A stretch of 64,000 nt of DNA from Podarcis melisellensis (taxonomy: Eukaryota): NCBI GenBank assembly GCA_964234715.1, contig OZ174277.1. One strand, given 5' to 3'. The translations under genes and the position numbers were made by a program. Positions 39,350 to 52,846 of this stretch are shown piece by piece (position 1 is the stretch's first letter; the number at the start of each line of letters is the position of its first letter). The notes beneath the pieces are model-generated. The model worked only from the letters and a program-made list of their open reading frames with translations, did not search any database and was not told the origin of the DNA.

Positions 39350-41172
39350 GTATGTTGCATATCGAACATGGGGAAATTCTCTGAAATGTGTCTTAATATT
39401 AGAATATTGCAAATACAGAATTTTCCTTTTAGCAGGCGCTAGGGATCCATGCAATTAAACCTGTAAATGATGTCACACACCATGATTCATCTGGAAAAGC
39501 TGATCAATAAATTACATGGCAGCAGACCAATGTTTGTAAATGAAAACACCCCCTATTGTAGTCTATAGGTCGCAGACCTAAGGAATGAATAAATCCTTTC
39601 TACCCACCCAGTCCATCATCCTGTCAGCTTGGAACTGATGCTTTAATTTTATTGCTGGCATTTGAACATAGCAGTTCTTAAAAGTTTTAAGTGATGAGGC
39701 TTCTCTCATGCCCTCTGGGAGGCGACCTCATATTCCTGGATAAGCATCTTACTCATAGCTATGGTTTTCCATGGGGTGGACATTCTTTTGTAAAAAAAAT
39801 AAAAATAAAAAAATACTCCAAACATAGATAAACAGTTTACTCTGAGCCAGACTATAAATTACATCTTGAAACAGCTGAAATACAAATGTGTTCATAAGAA
39901 ACAGAAATGATTAAACAAACAAATGAAGCCATTCTTGGAAAAAGGAGTATTTGCATTCTCATATAATGTAAATTTAAAGGATTGTTTCAATTGTATTAGA
40001 TGGCCTGGGCCAGCAAAACCTTTGGGTAGTCAGTACGGTTACATATGATATTGTGGACAAACCATGTTGACACCCAACACATTATATTCTTCAGCTGTAT
40101 GAGAAAGGGGCTCAGTTCACATTATATCACTAAACCATTGTTTAGCATTGGGGGATAAGTCACACCTAGCCTCAGACTAGCCTCTAGACACATCAAAGAA
40201 GTGTTTCAGTTAAATGTGTTGTAAATTTAAACAGGGGAAACAGGTAGAGAAAAACGGGACTCCACAGCACCATCTGGTAGACACTGTTATATCACATATA
40301 CAATCTAGCTGAGTCCTTGTTCACTCCCCTCTCCTCCAGTGCAGCCCCAAGGGGAAGATCGAAAGCTTCCACTTCTGTTTTGGATAAACCACTGTTTAGC
40401 ACTGCATCTGAACCATAAACTGCATAAACAAGACAGCTTCTTAAACTATGGATTTCCCCCCCTTCATTTCGGCAAGCCATAGTTAAGATTAAACACATGG
40501 GTTTGGATGCTATGAAAGGCTATAGTTAATAAATAAAAATGAAACCTATTGAATTTCTCCTTCTGACTGTGCCATAGTGGGGAGGACAGGAGCTTAAGAC
40601 TTACTCTCATAACATCTGAAACAGCAGTAGTCTATATGGTGGAAGAGAGGGGGGTAGCTTCTGTTCTGCACAAAGACTTGCCAGCCCCAAAGTTGTCTGA
40701 ATTAGACCTGCATTCGGCAAAAAAGGATAGTCTCCACAGTGCAAATTCCCAACTTTATCTTCCTAATCCTTCATGCAATGCAACCGCATATTATCCCCTT
40801 TTCATGCAAGCAGAATCAAAGCTGAAACGATGTTCCTGGATTACTGTCTGAATACTTGTAAGGCTCATCATTTAGCACTGTGGCAGAAATCTGTATGGGG
40901 CATTGGATGCTCTTCTGCCTGCTCAGTCCTTGTAGGTTCTCTGTTTTGTCAGTTTCTGCTGAAATATTTTTAGAAATATCTTTCCTTGTATGCCGTTTAA
41001 ATATTCAGAGCATACCAGTATTAAACTGGGGGGGGGGGGGAGTAGGCAAGAGGACAACAGTGGCCTTTTTCCAAATTACATTCAGACATGATTTGGTTTA
41101 TTTCTCTATAAAGTTTATATGGTTTCTAGTATAAACTGTCCACTGCTGCTAATTTATGGTGTGTTCTTACAG

Positions 41173-41328
41173 ATCAAACTGGAAGAAGCTCTCAATTTGG
41201 CAATGGAGTTCCACAACTCACTGCAGGACTTCATCAACTGGCTTACTCAAGCTGAGCAAACCTTGACAGTAGCTTCTCGGCCAAGTCTTATCTTGGATAC
41301 TGTCTTATTTCAAATTGATGAACACAAG
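41173..41328 (+). CDS. DST: DST exon 23 [10 protein letters not shown]...IDEHK
   Basis: CAG|...|GTATGT, phase 0-0. Confidence 0.95.
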
Positions 41329-41587
41329 GTATGTACAGAAACAAAAACAGATGTGCAACTTTCTTCTTCCCGTTCCGTGGACCCACAGGCTGGCTGGCTT
41401 GTATTAATGTTTAAAACAAGCCAGCACCATTAAAATCCAAAGACGTTTTACAGTTTTTTAAAGTGACATTTTATAGTGTCTCTGACCAATAAAGCAGTGC
41501 ATAACACCATCAGTTCTTAGGTATATATCTGCATGCTAGAAGACTCTGAAGCTTTTCAAATACTATCTTTTTTCTTTCTTTCACAAG

Positions 41588-41794
41588 GTCTTTGCCAATG
41601 AAGTGAATGCCCACCGTGACCAGATTATTGAGCTGGACAAAACTGGAACACATTTGAAATACTTCAGCCAGAAACAGGACGTTGTCCTCATTAAAAATCT
41701 GCTGATCAGTGTCCAGAGTAGATGGGAAAAAGTAGTTCAGCGCTTAGTGGAAAGAGGAAGAGCTTTAGACGATGCAAGGAAGCGTGCCAAGCAG
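41588..41794 (+). CDS. DST: DST exon 24 [10 protein letters not shown]...KRAKQ
   Basis: AAG|...|GTAATG, phase 0-0. Confidence 0.95.
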
Positions 41795-43473
41795 GTAATG
41801 TGGCAAGTCTTCCATAACAATTTGAGCGTAACCTTGCTGTAACTAAACCCATGTTTAAATGAACAGTGTGATGACTTTAAGTCATCTGAAGGAAACTGGA
41901 ATATTAGATCAACAGGTTTGGCAAGTAGTGGGAACCAGAATGGCTGTTTCTTCAGGCCAGACACCAAAAGTGAAAGTAGAATCTTTACTTTCCAACCAAG
42001 CAACAGAGTGGTATATGGATGTAGTGTTCCTGTTTTGCATGGGAAGTTCATCCTTATTTTATTTTTCACAATCATCTTCATTAATCCACCATTTTCTGAA
42101 ACAAATTGCAACCTCTCTACATGGGTGCTTCTAGCCTTCTCAACATTTTTGTAGTGTCAACTTAGGCTGAGGCTCATTATCAAAGGGATATGACTGTATA
42201 GGGATCATGTCATTTCAGGGTTTTATGTATGTGTAGAGGAGGTGGATGAAAATCAGAGCCCATATTTTGGTGGACAGAGAGATGGCTACATGAGGCAGGC
42301 AACTCACTCAAACTTTTGATTATGTGTGTTAGTTTTTCATGTGGGCTGCAGTTGTCATGTGGGCTATCTTTAAACAAAACAACATCCCATATAAAAAATA
42401 AAGAAGTACTGTCTCTGCATGATTGCAATACCCTCAAAACAACACTTTATCATATGTGTGAATCATCCCAACAAGATAGTATGTCTAAGGAAAGAGTGGC
42501 AAACCCATGGATCACATGGGACCCATGAGGCTATGTCAGGCAACTTACTTGCCCCCAGAAAATTTGGGACCTCTTCCTCCACTTAATAGCAAAGGTGCCT
42601 CTTCTCCTTCTGCTGTGATGCCAGAGGTAGGACACTGAACTCAAGAGACACAGAAGCACTTCCTTCTGTTTCCTGAGCTCCAGGTCCTGCTTTCAATGTT
42701 TCCTTGCCAAAAGGAGAAGAGGCACATTGGCCGGGTAACTGGGGGCCTCTTGTTCTCATTCCAGCCCTGGGCTAGGAGGAAAGGATCCCCTCTTCCTAGT
42801 CCAGCACTGATGTTGGCAGAAAAACAGTATGCATGTTCTATTGACCTCTAGGTATGTTGTGTGTATGTATAGTGTATGTTTCTACATGTGGTGGGTGCAT
42901 GGGTGGCAGCATGTTATTTGCATTTGTGCTGAGCGTATGTGGCCCTTGAAGGGTTCAGCAACCCTCAGAATGGCCCTCGGGCCAGAAAGGGCCACTCCTG
43001 GTCAAGTAGATATGTCACTGTGTCAATAGAGGTTGGGAGTCTTGGATTTTCCCAGCATGGGGCTTAAACCTTATACTCTGCTGACTGAGCAATCCCAGAG
43101 AAATTTCAAATAATTTGCATCACTCTAAAAGGGAAATAGTCCTTTGGTCCAACATTTATTTGTGTGAGTCCAGTCTGGATTGCCTGGCTTTTAATATTGT
43201 GGGCCTGATTCAACTAAGTTGTTGCACCACTGGAAGCCAGCACCCTGAGTTCTGCCAATGCAACTTGGCTTCCCGTCCTCGCCTACCCTGCACCCTCCCC
43301 ATTTAAATTAGTAGACATGACTGACTTAGACCCATTAATTTCAGTGCATACACTCTGAGTGAAACCTAACTGAATGCAACCCTTAATATTTTTTCAAAGC
43401 TAAATGTGCGTTGAATGTTTTGAATGCATAATCTATGCCTATCAATGTATGTAATTGAAAATCTTGCTTACAG

Positions 43474-43593
43474 TTCCATGAAGCCTGGAACAAACTTACT
43501 GAATGGCTGGATGATTCAGAAAAGACTCTGGATGCAGAGCTTGAAATTGCAAATGATCCAGACAAAATTAAGATGCAGCTTGCCCAGCATAAG
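43474..43593 (+). CDS. DST: DST exon 25 [11 protein letters not shown]...LAQHK
   Basis: CAG|...|GTGAGT, phase 0-0. Confidence 0.95.
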
Positions 43594-44620
43594 GTGAGTC
43601 ACTGGTAATGGAATGTAGAGGCTGTCCAATCAGATGGCAGGAAAGCCAGTGAACCAAGCACTGTGTAATTAGTAGGAGGAGGGAGATTTATTGGTCACTA
43701 GGTTGGAATGTTTGCCACCATCAAATTCAAACACTGGCAGTTTTCCAGCTTGTAAAATAAATAGAAGCTGGGAGGTTTCTCTGCAGGATTCCATCTTCTG
43801 AAACTACATGTGGAAAGGAAAAGCACAATAGTAAAGAATCATAGGAACAAGATAACGGGGACTATGCTATTTTTTCCTGTGTGCAATGTTATAGGACAAT
43901 AGGATCTGCTAGAGTTTAACTACACTCAAGACGGGCTCAGAGATTGTGTGGATCACCATTTGTAAGATTTTTTTTTAAAAAAAACAAAACAAAAAACAAG
44001 CCAGCTTATCTCAACAAAATAAGCAAAGTACAGTTTGATGGACAAATCCTTAATCGCTTTAGTGAAACAATTCCCCCCCCCCACCACTTGGAAATGCTTT
44101 AGATGCAGTGGGGCTGTCAACAACACAAATGAACGTTGCAGAAGGAAAAAAGAGAGTTTTTCTGTTAAGGGTCCACATCTGTCAAGCGCCTTTACATAAA
44201 TCTGGTGATATGCAGATGAAAAGTAATCTTTAAAATCTGGGCCTCTTCTGAATGGATATAGGGAAAGGGACACGCTGTGCACAGGGATTATATGCTCCGC
44301 AAAACTACTTGTATGCTGAAGTTCAAGAATTACTGTTACTTTGGTCTGCCTAGCACTCTCAATATCTTGGTTGTCAATCAAATTTTAGCACCTTACTCTT
44401 AAAAAAGCAAAACACTCTTTCTTAATGCTTTGTTTGCTTTGCACATCCACTGCTAGTTTTTGTCGTTGTTGTTTTGCCTTCCACTGTGTTTCTTGTTAGG
44501 AGGTTTGATCCTTTTGTAAGAAACCATTGTTTCCATGTGGCAGCATCTACACTTTCAAACTCCCTGTCTGTCTGCATCAGGCAGGTACCTTTACTGTACT
44601 CTTTCTGCCATCCCTTAAAA

Positions 44621-44750
44621 CGGGCTTCCTCAAACTCGGCCCTCCCAGATGTTTTTGGCCTACAACTCCCATGATCCTTAGCTAGCAGGACCAGTGGCCA
44701 GGGATGATGGGAATTGTAGTCTCAAAACATCTGGAGTTTAAGGAAGCCTG
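44621..44750. mobile_element. short palindromic hAT-type MITE
   Basis: 8-bp TSD CCTTAAAA (44613-44620, 44751-44758); TIR-like CGGGCTTCCT / AGGAAGCCTG. Confidence 0.85.
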
Positions 44751-44835
44751 CCTTAAAACATTTTTGTTTAGGCAAGCCTATCCAGAAAGGTAGATGTGTG
44801 TTTTAGCCGCTTTTACCTATCTCTAATTCTTAATT

Positions 44836-45184
44836 GGGACGCGGTGGCGCTGTGGGTTAAACCACAGAGCCTAGGGCTTGCCGATCAGAGGGTCGGCAGT
44901 TCGAATCCCAGCGACGGAGTGAGCTCCCATTGCTCAGTCCCTGCTCCTGCCAACCTAGCAGTTCAAAAGCACGTCAAAGTGCAAGTAGATAAATAGGTAC
45001 TGCTCTGGTGGGAAGGTAAACGGTGTTTCCATGCGCTGCTCTGGTTCACCAGAAACGGCTTAGTCATGCTGGCCACATGACCCAGAAGCTGTACGCCGGC
45101 TCCCTCGGCCAGTAAAGCGAGATGAGCGCCGCAACCCCAGAGTCATCCACGACTAGACCTAATGGTCAGGGGTCCTTTTACCTT
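44836..45184 (+). mobile_element. Sauria SINE
   Basis: GGGACGCGGTGGCGCTGTGGG head, B box AGTTCGAATCCC, CCTTTTACCTTT tail; TSD TAATTCTTA (44824-44832, 45185-45193). Confidence 0.9.
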
Positions 45185-47763
45185 TAATTCTTATTTATTG
45201 TTTTAGCTGTTTTTATTGATACTTTTAATATTCCTTGTTTTATTACAATCAAACAGTGTGTGAATAAAATTGACTGTTGAGGCCTTTGAATTAGCTTTCA
45301 GCACTTTCCCCTTCATTATACACAGTTTACTGAGTCCTAGTGTCAAAGACTCTATATGGATGTACAGGGTGTTAAAACTTTTCTTGACTAGATGAATGGG
45401 TAAGATCATTACTATAAATAAAAGATAACGCGCAAGTAGATTCATATCAACCAGCAGCTCTGCTTAATTATGACTTCCATTGCCTTTTCTGAACACCAGA
45501 AGCTGCCTTATACCAAACTGGATGTGATTTCACACAGATTTCACACAGGAATATTCTATACCTGGAGGTGTCAGGAACTGAACCTTCTATATGCATAGGA
45601 TGGGTCTTACCACTGATCTACAGACCTCGCCCCTGATCAGATGATAATCCCATCAGTATGTGCATTCTGGAAGGATTTTGAGTTTTAAAAGAGCTCAGAA
45701 TGGCTACCAGTCTACTTCTGGGACTGGATTTTTACACTCAGCTGGCAACTAGTATGTTTAGAAATGGGTCTTTTGTGGGAAAATATTTTTAGAATTTTTT
45801 TTTTTAAAAAAAGAAATTCAAATTTTCATGTTTTTAAATTCAAAAATGCAGATTAATTCAGAAAAGGAGTGGAATGGATTTATGAATGCACATTTGGTAA
45901 ACTGACACACACTGGAAACTTACTGACTTGTCCACCTCTATTAACCTCTCATTCCCCCGATACATGGACAGTCATAAAACAGCCTCAAAAAATCCTAGCT
46001 ACTCCTCTTAGCAAATATTTGTATGTTGCATGCCTTTGGTTGCTGTATGTTTTCAATCTTCCTTTTATAAAGTAAACCATTGAGCCATTGTTGAAGGTTT
46101 TAATGCTTTTAGTATCTAAGGCTAAAGACTGTAGACTAGGCTCTATTTGATATATGGAATAACTTGGCTTCGTTCTTTGGGAGTTTTCAAGAAATGAAGA
46201 TTCTAAAAATGAGCTGTCTCATATTTGTTACATATTGCCAAAGATTTGAAGGAGTATTCATTGGCTTTTTATCAGTCCCCAACCACCACCAAGCTCTTTG
46301 CATGTTATATTTAGAAGTCAGTGAAGAAAGAATGGGCCGTGTAGTTTGTCTTAATCCCTTTTTCAAGGATTTTTTTTTAAAGAATATTGATATATTTTAA
46401 GGCAGGGGTATCCTTCAAAAAATTGCTGGACTACAACACCCATCATCCCTGACCATTTGTCATGTTGGCTGGGGCTATTGGAGGTTCAAATCATATTTAG
46501 GTCACCACATCAGCTACCCCCTCCCCATTTTTAGGTTAATATGCACCTCATTACGAGTCAACCTCCATTTACTTTACAGAAGTGACATTGGTAGGATAAA
46601 TCTTTTTTATTCAATGACTGTAATTGCTTGTGAGTTTCATTCTAGAATATATGTGTAAATGATATAGCCACCAAAGAATTCACAAAATTGAGTCTTGCGT
46701 TTCTACTGACCAACATTTCTTTGGCGGATTCCTTATTTGTGCCTTCTTGCAAAAGCATGATAGATGTACATCTTGATAATCTTAGCACAGCCCTACTCCA
46801 GAGAAGATAGCAATACAGAAATAATCAAGCATTTTATTGTTTACATGGGGGGCACTCACTCTCTGTAGTATTTAGCATTTAATACTTTGTTAAGTAGTGT
46901 ACTGAATGCAAGTTAACCTAAGGTTTGTCATGTTCCTTTTTTAATGGTAAAGAATGGAATAATATTTTCCAGTGTAGCTTCTTTATTCTAGTCCATAAGT
47001 CAGTAAACCTAAGGTATTGGGTTTCAGATGATTTAACATGGACTTCTACAATGATTTGAATGCTAGTGATTTGGTGAAGACAGTCCAAACTTGTGGACTA
47101 TCACTTCAAGCTGAGCACCAATGCCTTGCTACCATTTCTCTTGCATAACTTATTTTAATTGCTCAATTAAAGTCATTTGACTGATAGTCTTATTGATCCC
47201 AGGGACACGAGGTATATTCTGGAATAAATGCCAGCGGGTTCTGGAATCTAAATATCCCGGTGACATTTCATGATATTTCCTTGCTAAATGTAGTTTGTAT
47301 GAAAATCTCATTCATTGTGTTTGGCCCTGTTCACACATCTGATAAATCATAGATAATGATTGACCATGAACATGCCTAGCTGGGCTGTTTATTTCCTCCC
47401 TACTAATACACAGAAGACTCAAACCCTGATCCTTTGCTTTGGGATCATGCTTTATTTCACTGTCAACAAGCCATGACTGCTATGCCAAAAGCGGAGCTTT
47501 GCTAGAAATTGTGGTTTGTTGGGAGAGAAACAAACCACGATCCCTGGTTCAGATGTAACGCTAAGCCAGGGATCGTAGCTGATTCATTTCCTCTGCACAT
47601 GAGATGGGAAGAGTGAAGTGGGCATAATTCATCCATGCATTATAAGCCATGCTTTATGGATTACCATGATGTGTGAGTGTGGTCTTCGTCTCCAAACGGC
47701 ACAAAATACGTTGTGTAGATTATGTGTGTTGTGTGCTTCATATTGAGTCTCTTTTTTGAACAG

Positions 47764-47933
47764 GAGTTCCAGAAGGCTCTTGGAGCTAAACATTCTGTGT
47801 ATGACACCACAAATAGAAGTGGACGTGCTTTGAAAGAAAAAACTTCCCTAGCTGATGACAATCTGAAACTGGATGATATGCTGAGTGAACTCAGAGACAA
47901 ATGGGATACAGTATGTGGGAAATCTGTAGAAAG
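47764..47933 (+). CDS. DST: DST exon 26 [10 protein letters not shown]...KSVER
   Basis: CAG|...|GTAAGA, phase 0-2. Confidence 0.95.
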
Positions 47934-48971
47934 GTAAGACAAAAAAGCTTTGCATCTTACTTAAAAGAGGCTCTGTAAAGCAGTAGCTAGGTCACTGTCT
48001 CCTTATCATCCCATTTTCCTTTCACCAGCTGGTCTTCAGTGAATGTCCCTGGTCAGAATAAAATTATGAGAGTCTCACTTTGAGCAGAGGATGTAGGTTC
48101 TTGGCTCCACTTCCCCATCCCTTAGAGTGTTTAAGACTGTGTACACATTATTTGCTTAAGATTAAGCTGATTGGGAAGGGGAGAAGGCATCAGAAATGCA
48201 GCATTTAATAAGGAATGACAGGCTAGATAAAGGATAGGTGTGGATTATCTCTAGCATCATGTGTACACTGTTTCTCAAACCAGCATTGGAAATGCACTGG
48301 ATGAAGAGTAAATGGGAGCCAAAATCTCAGAATAAGCCAGCTGCAGAATAGGTATTGGTTTGTTCTTCCAAGGGTGGCTGGAGGCAGAGGAGACCCATTT
48401 CATATTCAGCCAAAGTCTCTGGGATGGTTTAGAGCTCCATTTCAGAAGAGTCCTGTGAAATGGGAAGTGCATGGTCCAACTCCTACGCACTTTTCTTTAT
48501 GTTGTATATTCCTTTAGTTCTAGGTTTGAGCTCAAATCTTGTCTCCTGAATATATGAACAATATATTCATATGGCTCCTCCACTTGGTCTTGATAGAGAG
48601 GTGTGTAAAGCCAGAACATTTTGTTTTGTTTATTGTTACCTCTGAAAACTCCGCCAGCCCAGTTGGAAGAGAGGAAGGGGTGGTGGTAAAACTGGAAGAG
48701 CATGTAGCCCCTGGAATAGCGACTGATTGGAGGCAGGGTGAGGGGTCTAGGAAGTAGGAACTAGTAGTTGGCAAGATAGAAGCAGAAATGTCGTCACTGT
48801 GGAGAGGCTGTAAATGAAGGAAGCTGCAGGAGGTAGGATGAATCCTAAAAGACCTAGATTTATGGTGTTAGAGTCATATTGCTGAGTGCGTGGGCATAGG
48901 GTGCCTGTAGATCTGCAATCACTCCCCCCCTCCATTTTTTTCACTGTGTCTGTCTTGTTTTCCCACTTCAG

Positions 48972-49131
48972 ACAAAACAAACTGGAAGAAGCGCTGCTGT
49001 TTTCTGGGCAATTTACTGATGCTCTTCAAGCTCTCATAGATTGGCTGTACAAAGTGGAACCGCAGCTGGCCGAAGATCAGCCTGTGCACGGAGACATTGA
49101 TTTAGTGATGAACTTAATAGATAATCACAAA
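48972..49131 (+). CDS. DST: DST exon 27 [10 protein letters not shown]...IDNHK
   Basis: CAG|...|GTAATG, phase 2-0. Confidence 0.95.
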
Positions 49132-50129
49132 GTAATGGCCACAAAATTACAGTCATTTTCATATTATTTTGAATCAAGCTGTTCAAAGCATTTTGAGTAA
49201 ATGCCTGTTGGGTCAATTTGTAACTTTTAAGAAAGATTGATGAGCCCGTTCAATAGGTTAAAAACCTTGGCCTGTGGTATAAAAACTGGCTGGAAAGGGA
49301 AAAGAGCTTGCTGACCGCAACGAACAAGATTTATCTGAAACTTGCCTTCAGTGCTAAAGTTGATCTGCTACATTTTTCTTCATGCAGATTTTAATTCGGA
49401 TTATTAGAACTAAAAACGCTCTTGAAAGTTTCTCAGAAGCAGTGGGTAATAGCATTATCAGCCTTAGCTTTTTAGTCCAATCCATTTATAAGAGGTGCAG
49501 GGACTCTGCTGCTCACATGTTCCACCATCTGCAAGGGCTGCCCCTTGTCTTTTAAAGGAAGCAAGAGATTTGTGGGCACATGCTTTTGCACATATAGAAC
49601 TGCTGAGACAAACAGAAACCGTCTCAGCAAAATATTGCAGAAGATGTGGAGCCCTGTGGCAGAGTGTAGGAGTATAAGAGAGGCAGGGAGAGCGAAGGAG
49701 CCCCACGTTATCAAAGCTTCCATTAGTTTTCAGTTCCTTGTGTGCCTAGAGATTCCTAGTGAAAGTTTCAGGGGTTTTCAATATGTTGTCTTCTTTTTTA
49801 ATTGGCAGTGTTCACGTGATCCCACATTGCATAAGGAAGATATTGTTGACCTAATGGTTTCTTTCGGAATATATGTAGAACTACTGATTTGTAAGAAGTG
49901 AGGGGGACATTCAGATACGGCAGAGTAGCAAGGATTGAATAAAACAAAGCCAGACAGGGGGATGAAAATATTTACGGGACTCACATTACAAAACAAAATA
50001 ATGTTCAGTTAAGTTTAATTTCTTTAAAAATTAAGTCTATAATAATGAACTTTATCCATAGTTGTGATAGCTGTGTTACTCTATTATCTGGGGAGATAAT
50101 AGAAGGAACCATTTATTTCCTTTTCTTAG

Positions 50130-50324
50130 GCCTTCCAGAAGGAACTGGGGAAAAGGACAGGCAGCGTCCAGGCACTGAAACGCTCTGCTCGTGAACTGAT
50201 AGAAGGTAGTCGTGATGATTCCTCCTGGGTTAAGGTCCAAATGCAGGAGCTGGGCACTCGGTGGGAGACGGTGTGTGCATTGTCCGTCTCCAAGCAAACA
50301 CGACTGGAACAAGCCCTCCAACAG
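50130..50324 (+). CDS. DST: DST exon 28 [10 protein letters not shown]...QALQQ
   Basis: TAG|...|GTGAAG, phase 0-0. Confidence 0.95.
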
Positions 50325-51466
50325 GTGAAGAATGAACCACTTACACTTATTTCAATCAGATGCAGCCTATGCATGGGTTGGGAATGCATTCATTGGGTAT
50401 CATTGCCGCATAGGAAGCGACGAAACAAGGAGGGCCTCATCTGTGCCATGCCTGTGCCACCAGGTTCTGCATAAGTTAAGGAGTCCACGGTGAAGCCATG
50501 GATAGATAAGCACAAAGCAGCTTATGCAAAAGACATTAAAGTTGAAACAGGAGTCCTGATTGCTAATTGCAGCTATTTCACCAGGCCATGTCAATGGAGT
50601 GGTGCTCTTGACTAGACTGAATTGCAAATAGCCTGCCCTGCAGGAAACCTTTTAAAAAGCTATTGAATCATGAGGAGAAAGATAGGCCGGTGCTAATGTT
50701 ACATGTGCAGAAGCCTTGCTGCTTTCATATACTAAAAATATCGGGAAAATAATTTCAGAACAATTCCCAAACTCCTCCAGACACTCCTGAGGGAGAGTAA
50801 TGTGGTTATGGGCATTGTTCTTAAGGTATCTGCAGTAAGTGCACACACAGATACTGCACTAACTCATGTTGCACCACTTGAAGCTGGGGGCTCAGCCTTT
50901 TTCTGACACTTCTTAAAGCACTACCAAAATCTGAAAAACCATTTTGACCAAAGACCATTGCAAGACACACACACACACACACACACACTGAACATGCAAA
51001 GGCTGTAACTGGCAGCTACAACTCTATAGTGATACTGCTTTCGGCTCTTCTATATACAGCCTCGGTTAGCTCCCCCCACTCCACAAAGTAATTAACATCA
51101 TTCACTAGCAGGACTCCACCTGATAATTTGTCAGAGTGAAGGCAGGTTGTTCTGAATTCCACTTTCACATATGCTATCAATCATATATTTAAAAGCATGC
51201 ACAAACAGGCCTATGGGCTTTATTAAATCCTTTTTTAAAAGCATGTGACATTTTTACAGCCATGATATCAGAGTGCTGTATGTCAGATTCCTTAATGGAA
51301 AGTTAATGTACCTCCATTGCTGAATGATAAATGATTCCACCAATCTGGGCACAGGTTCATTGTTCATGGGAGGAATCCAACATTGTACTCTTTCAGTCCA
51401 GATCCCTTTTACAGCATTCTTCCCCCCCCCCCGCCCCCACTTTCTTTTCCACTTTCATTTATACAG

Positions 51467-51595
51467 GCGGAAGAATTCCACTCAGTTGTGCACGTTCTTC
51501 TGGAATGGCTGGCTGAGGCTGAACAGGCCCTTCGTTTCCATGGCAATCTCCCAGATGATGAAGAGTCTCTGCGTACTCTAATAGATCAGCATCGG
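51467..51595 (+). CDS. DST: DST exon 29 [10 protein letters not shown]...IDQHR
   Basis: CAG|...|GTGAGT, phase 0-0. Confidence 0.95.
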
Positions 51596-52543
51596 GTGAG
51601 TGAGATAATTGAGACAGTGCTGGCTCTTGACTAGATTTATGAAAAGGTCGGAATAAAATAAAACTATTTATGACTTATTTGTATCTGGCAATGAAAATTA
51701 GTTTCTTTCCTAGAAATAAGGGCTCGTGGAAAACTTTTGATGGGTGATTGATAACTCAATCAGCTAAAGCACCTTAAAATCAGTATACTTACTTTAAATG
51801 TTTCCTTCCCAAACCATAATAAAATTCTTGATATTCATAGCAACACAGTTATTAAACTGCAGTAGAACCTCTCCTACCCCTTGAAGTCTGGCATAGACCA
51901 TGTCCCAGGCCATCAATCCTCTCTATCGCAAGAAGTCAGATTCAGCAGAATTCTAGTAGCAAATTCATTCTCTTCCTATTACTCCCAGTCTTTACATATA
52001 TACTTTGTAGGCCACTTTCCCAGTGGGTTGAGCCTTCTCTTCCAGAAAAAAAAGCTAGCAGGAAAGACTTCAGGACAAAAGCATAAGAAGGTGGATAATT
52101 GGCTAAATATTTATAGTGCCCTTCATAGAAGTCAGGTGGTAAGAATGAAGCCATTATACCCCTCTGTTGAACAAGGCCTGCAAAATTTATGACCCACCAG
52201 GCTAGCATACCACTGGCAGTTCATTTATAGTGGATAAGAGCAAGACATGCAGAAGGTGCAGATCATTACTTGTTTAGACTAGTCTAGGACAGATCTGCAT
52301 GCTAAGGAAGATTGTGATTATGGTAAATGAAGTGGAGTGGGGAAATTTGCAATGCAACAACATCATCACGTCATGTGGTCTGTTTTACTATGTATTTTTG
52401 AGGAGATGTGTAGCTGCTGCTTTTGTCTCTTGTAACATGTAGTTCTTCCCATAGTTTTATAGCTTTCAGTTGGATTGTCATTCCCCACTCCCACCCCACT
52501 TTCTCTCCTCCCACCTTTTTTTCTCTTTTCTTTTCTTTTGGTA

Positions 52544-52672
52544 ATGGTCTATGCTATGAGTCAGGCCATTTGTGCAGCTACTCCTCCAGCTCCACCATTT
52601 TTTTCCTGGCTAGTCTTTATGTATCTGTTACCATACAATGAGATCATTGAAAGGCTGCCAGACGCTATATTG
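52544..52672 (+). CDS. candidate second internal first exon (MVYAMSQ...YNEIIERLPDAIL)
   Basis: gtaATGG Kozak, phase-0 donor TTG|GTAATG compatible with the exon at 54787; no homology confirmed. Confidence 0.3.
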
Positions 52673-52765
52673 GTAATGAAGAAGAGAATATCTTGTTTAC
52701 TGTCATTCCCTCTGAACAGGCTCCAGATGGTTCTCTTTGGATTTTCTCTCACCAAAGAAAAGGCA

Positions 52766-52768
<3 letters not shown>

Positions 52769-52825
<57 letters not shown>

Positions 52826-52846
52826 TTCTCTCTTTCTCTCTCTCTC
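52769..52846. repeat. (CT)n microsatellite
   Basis: direct read. Confidence 0.95.
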
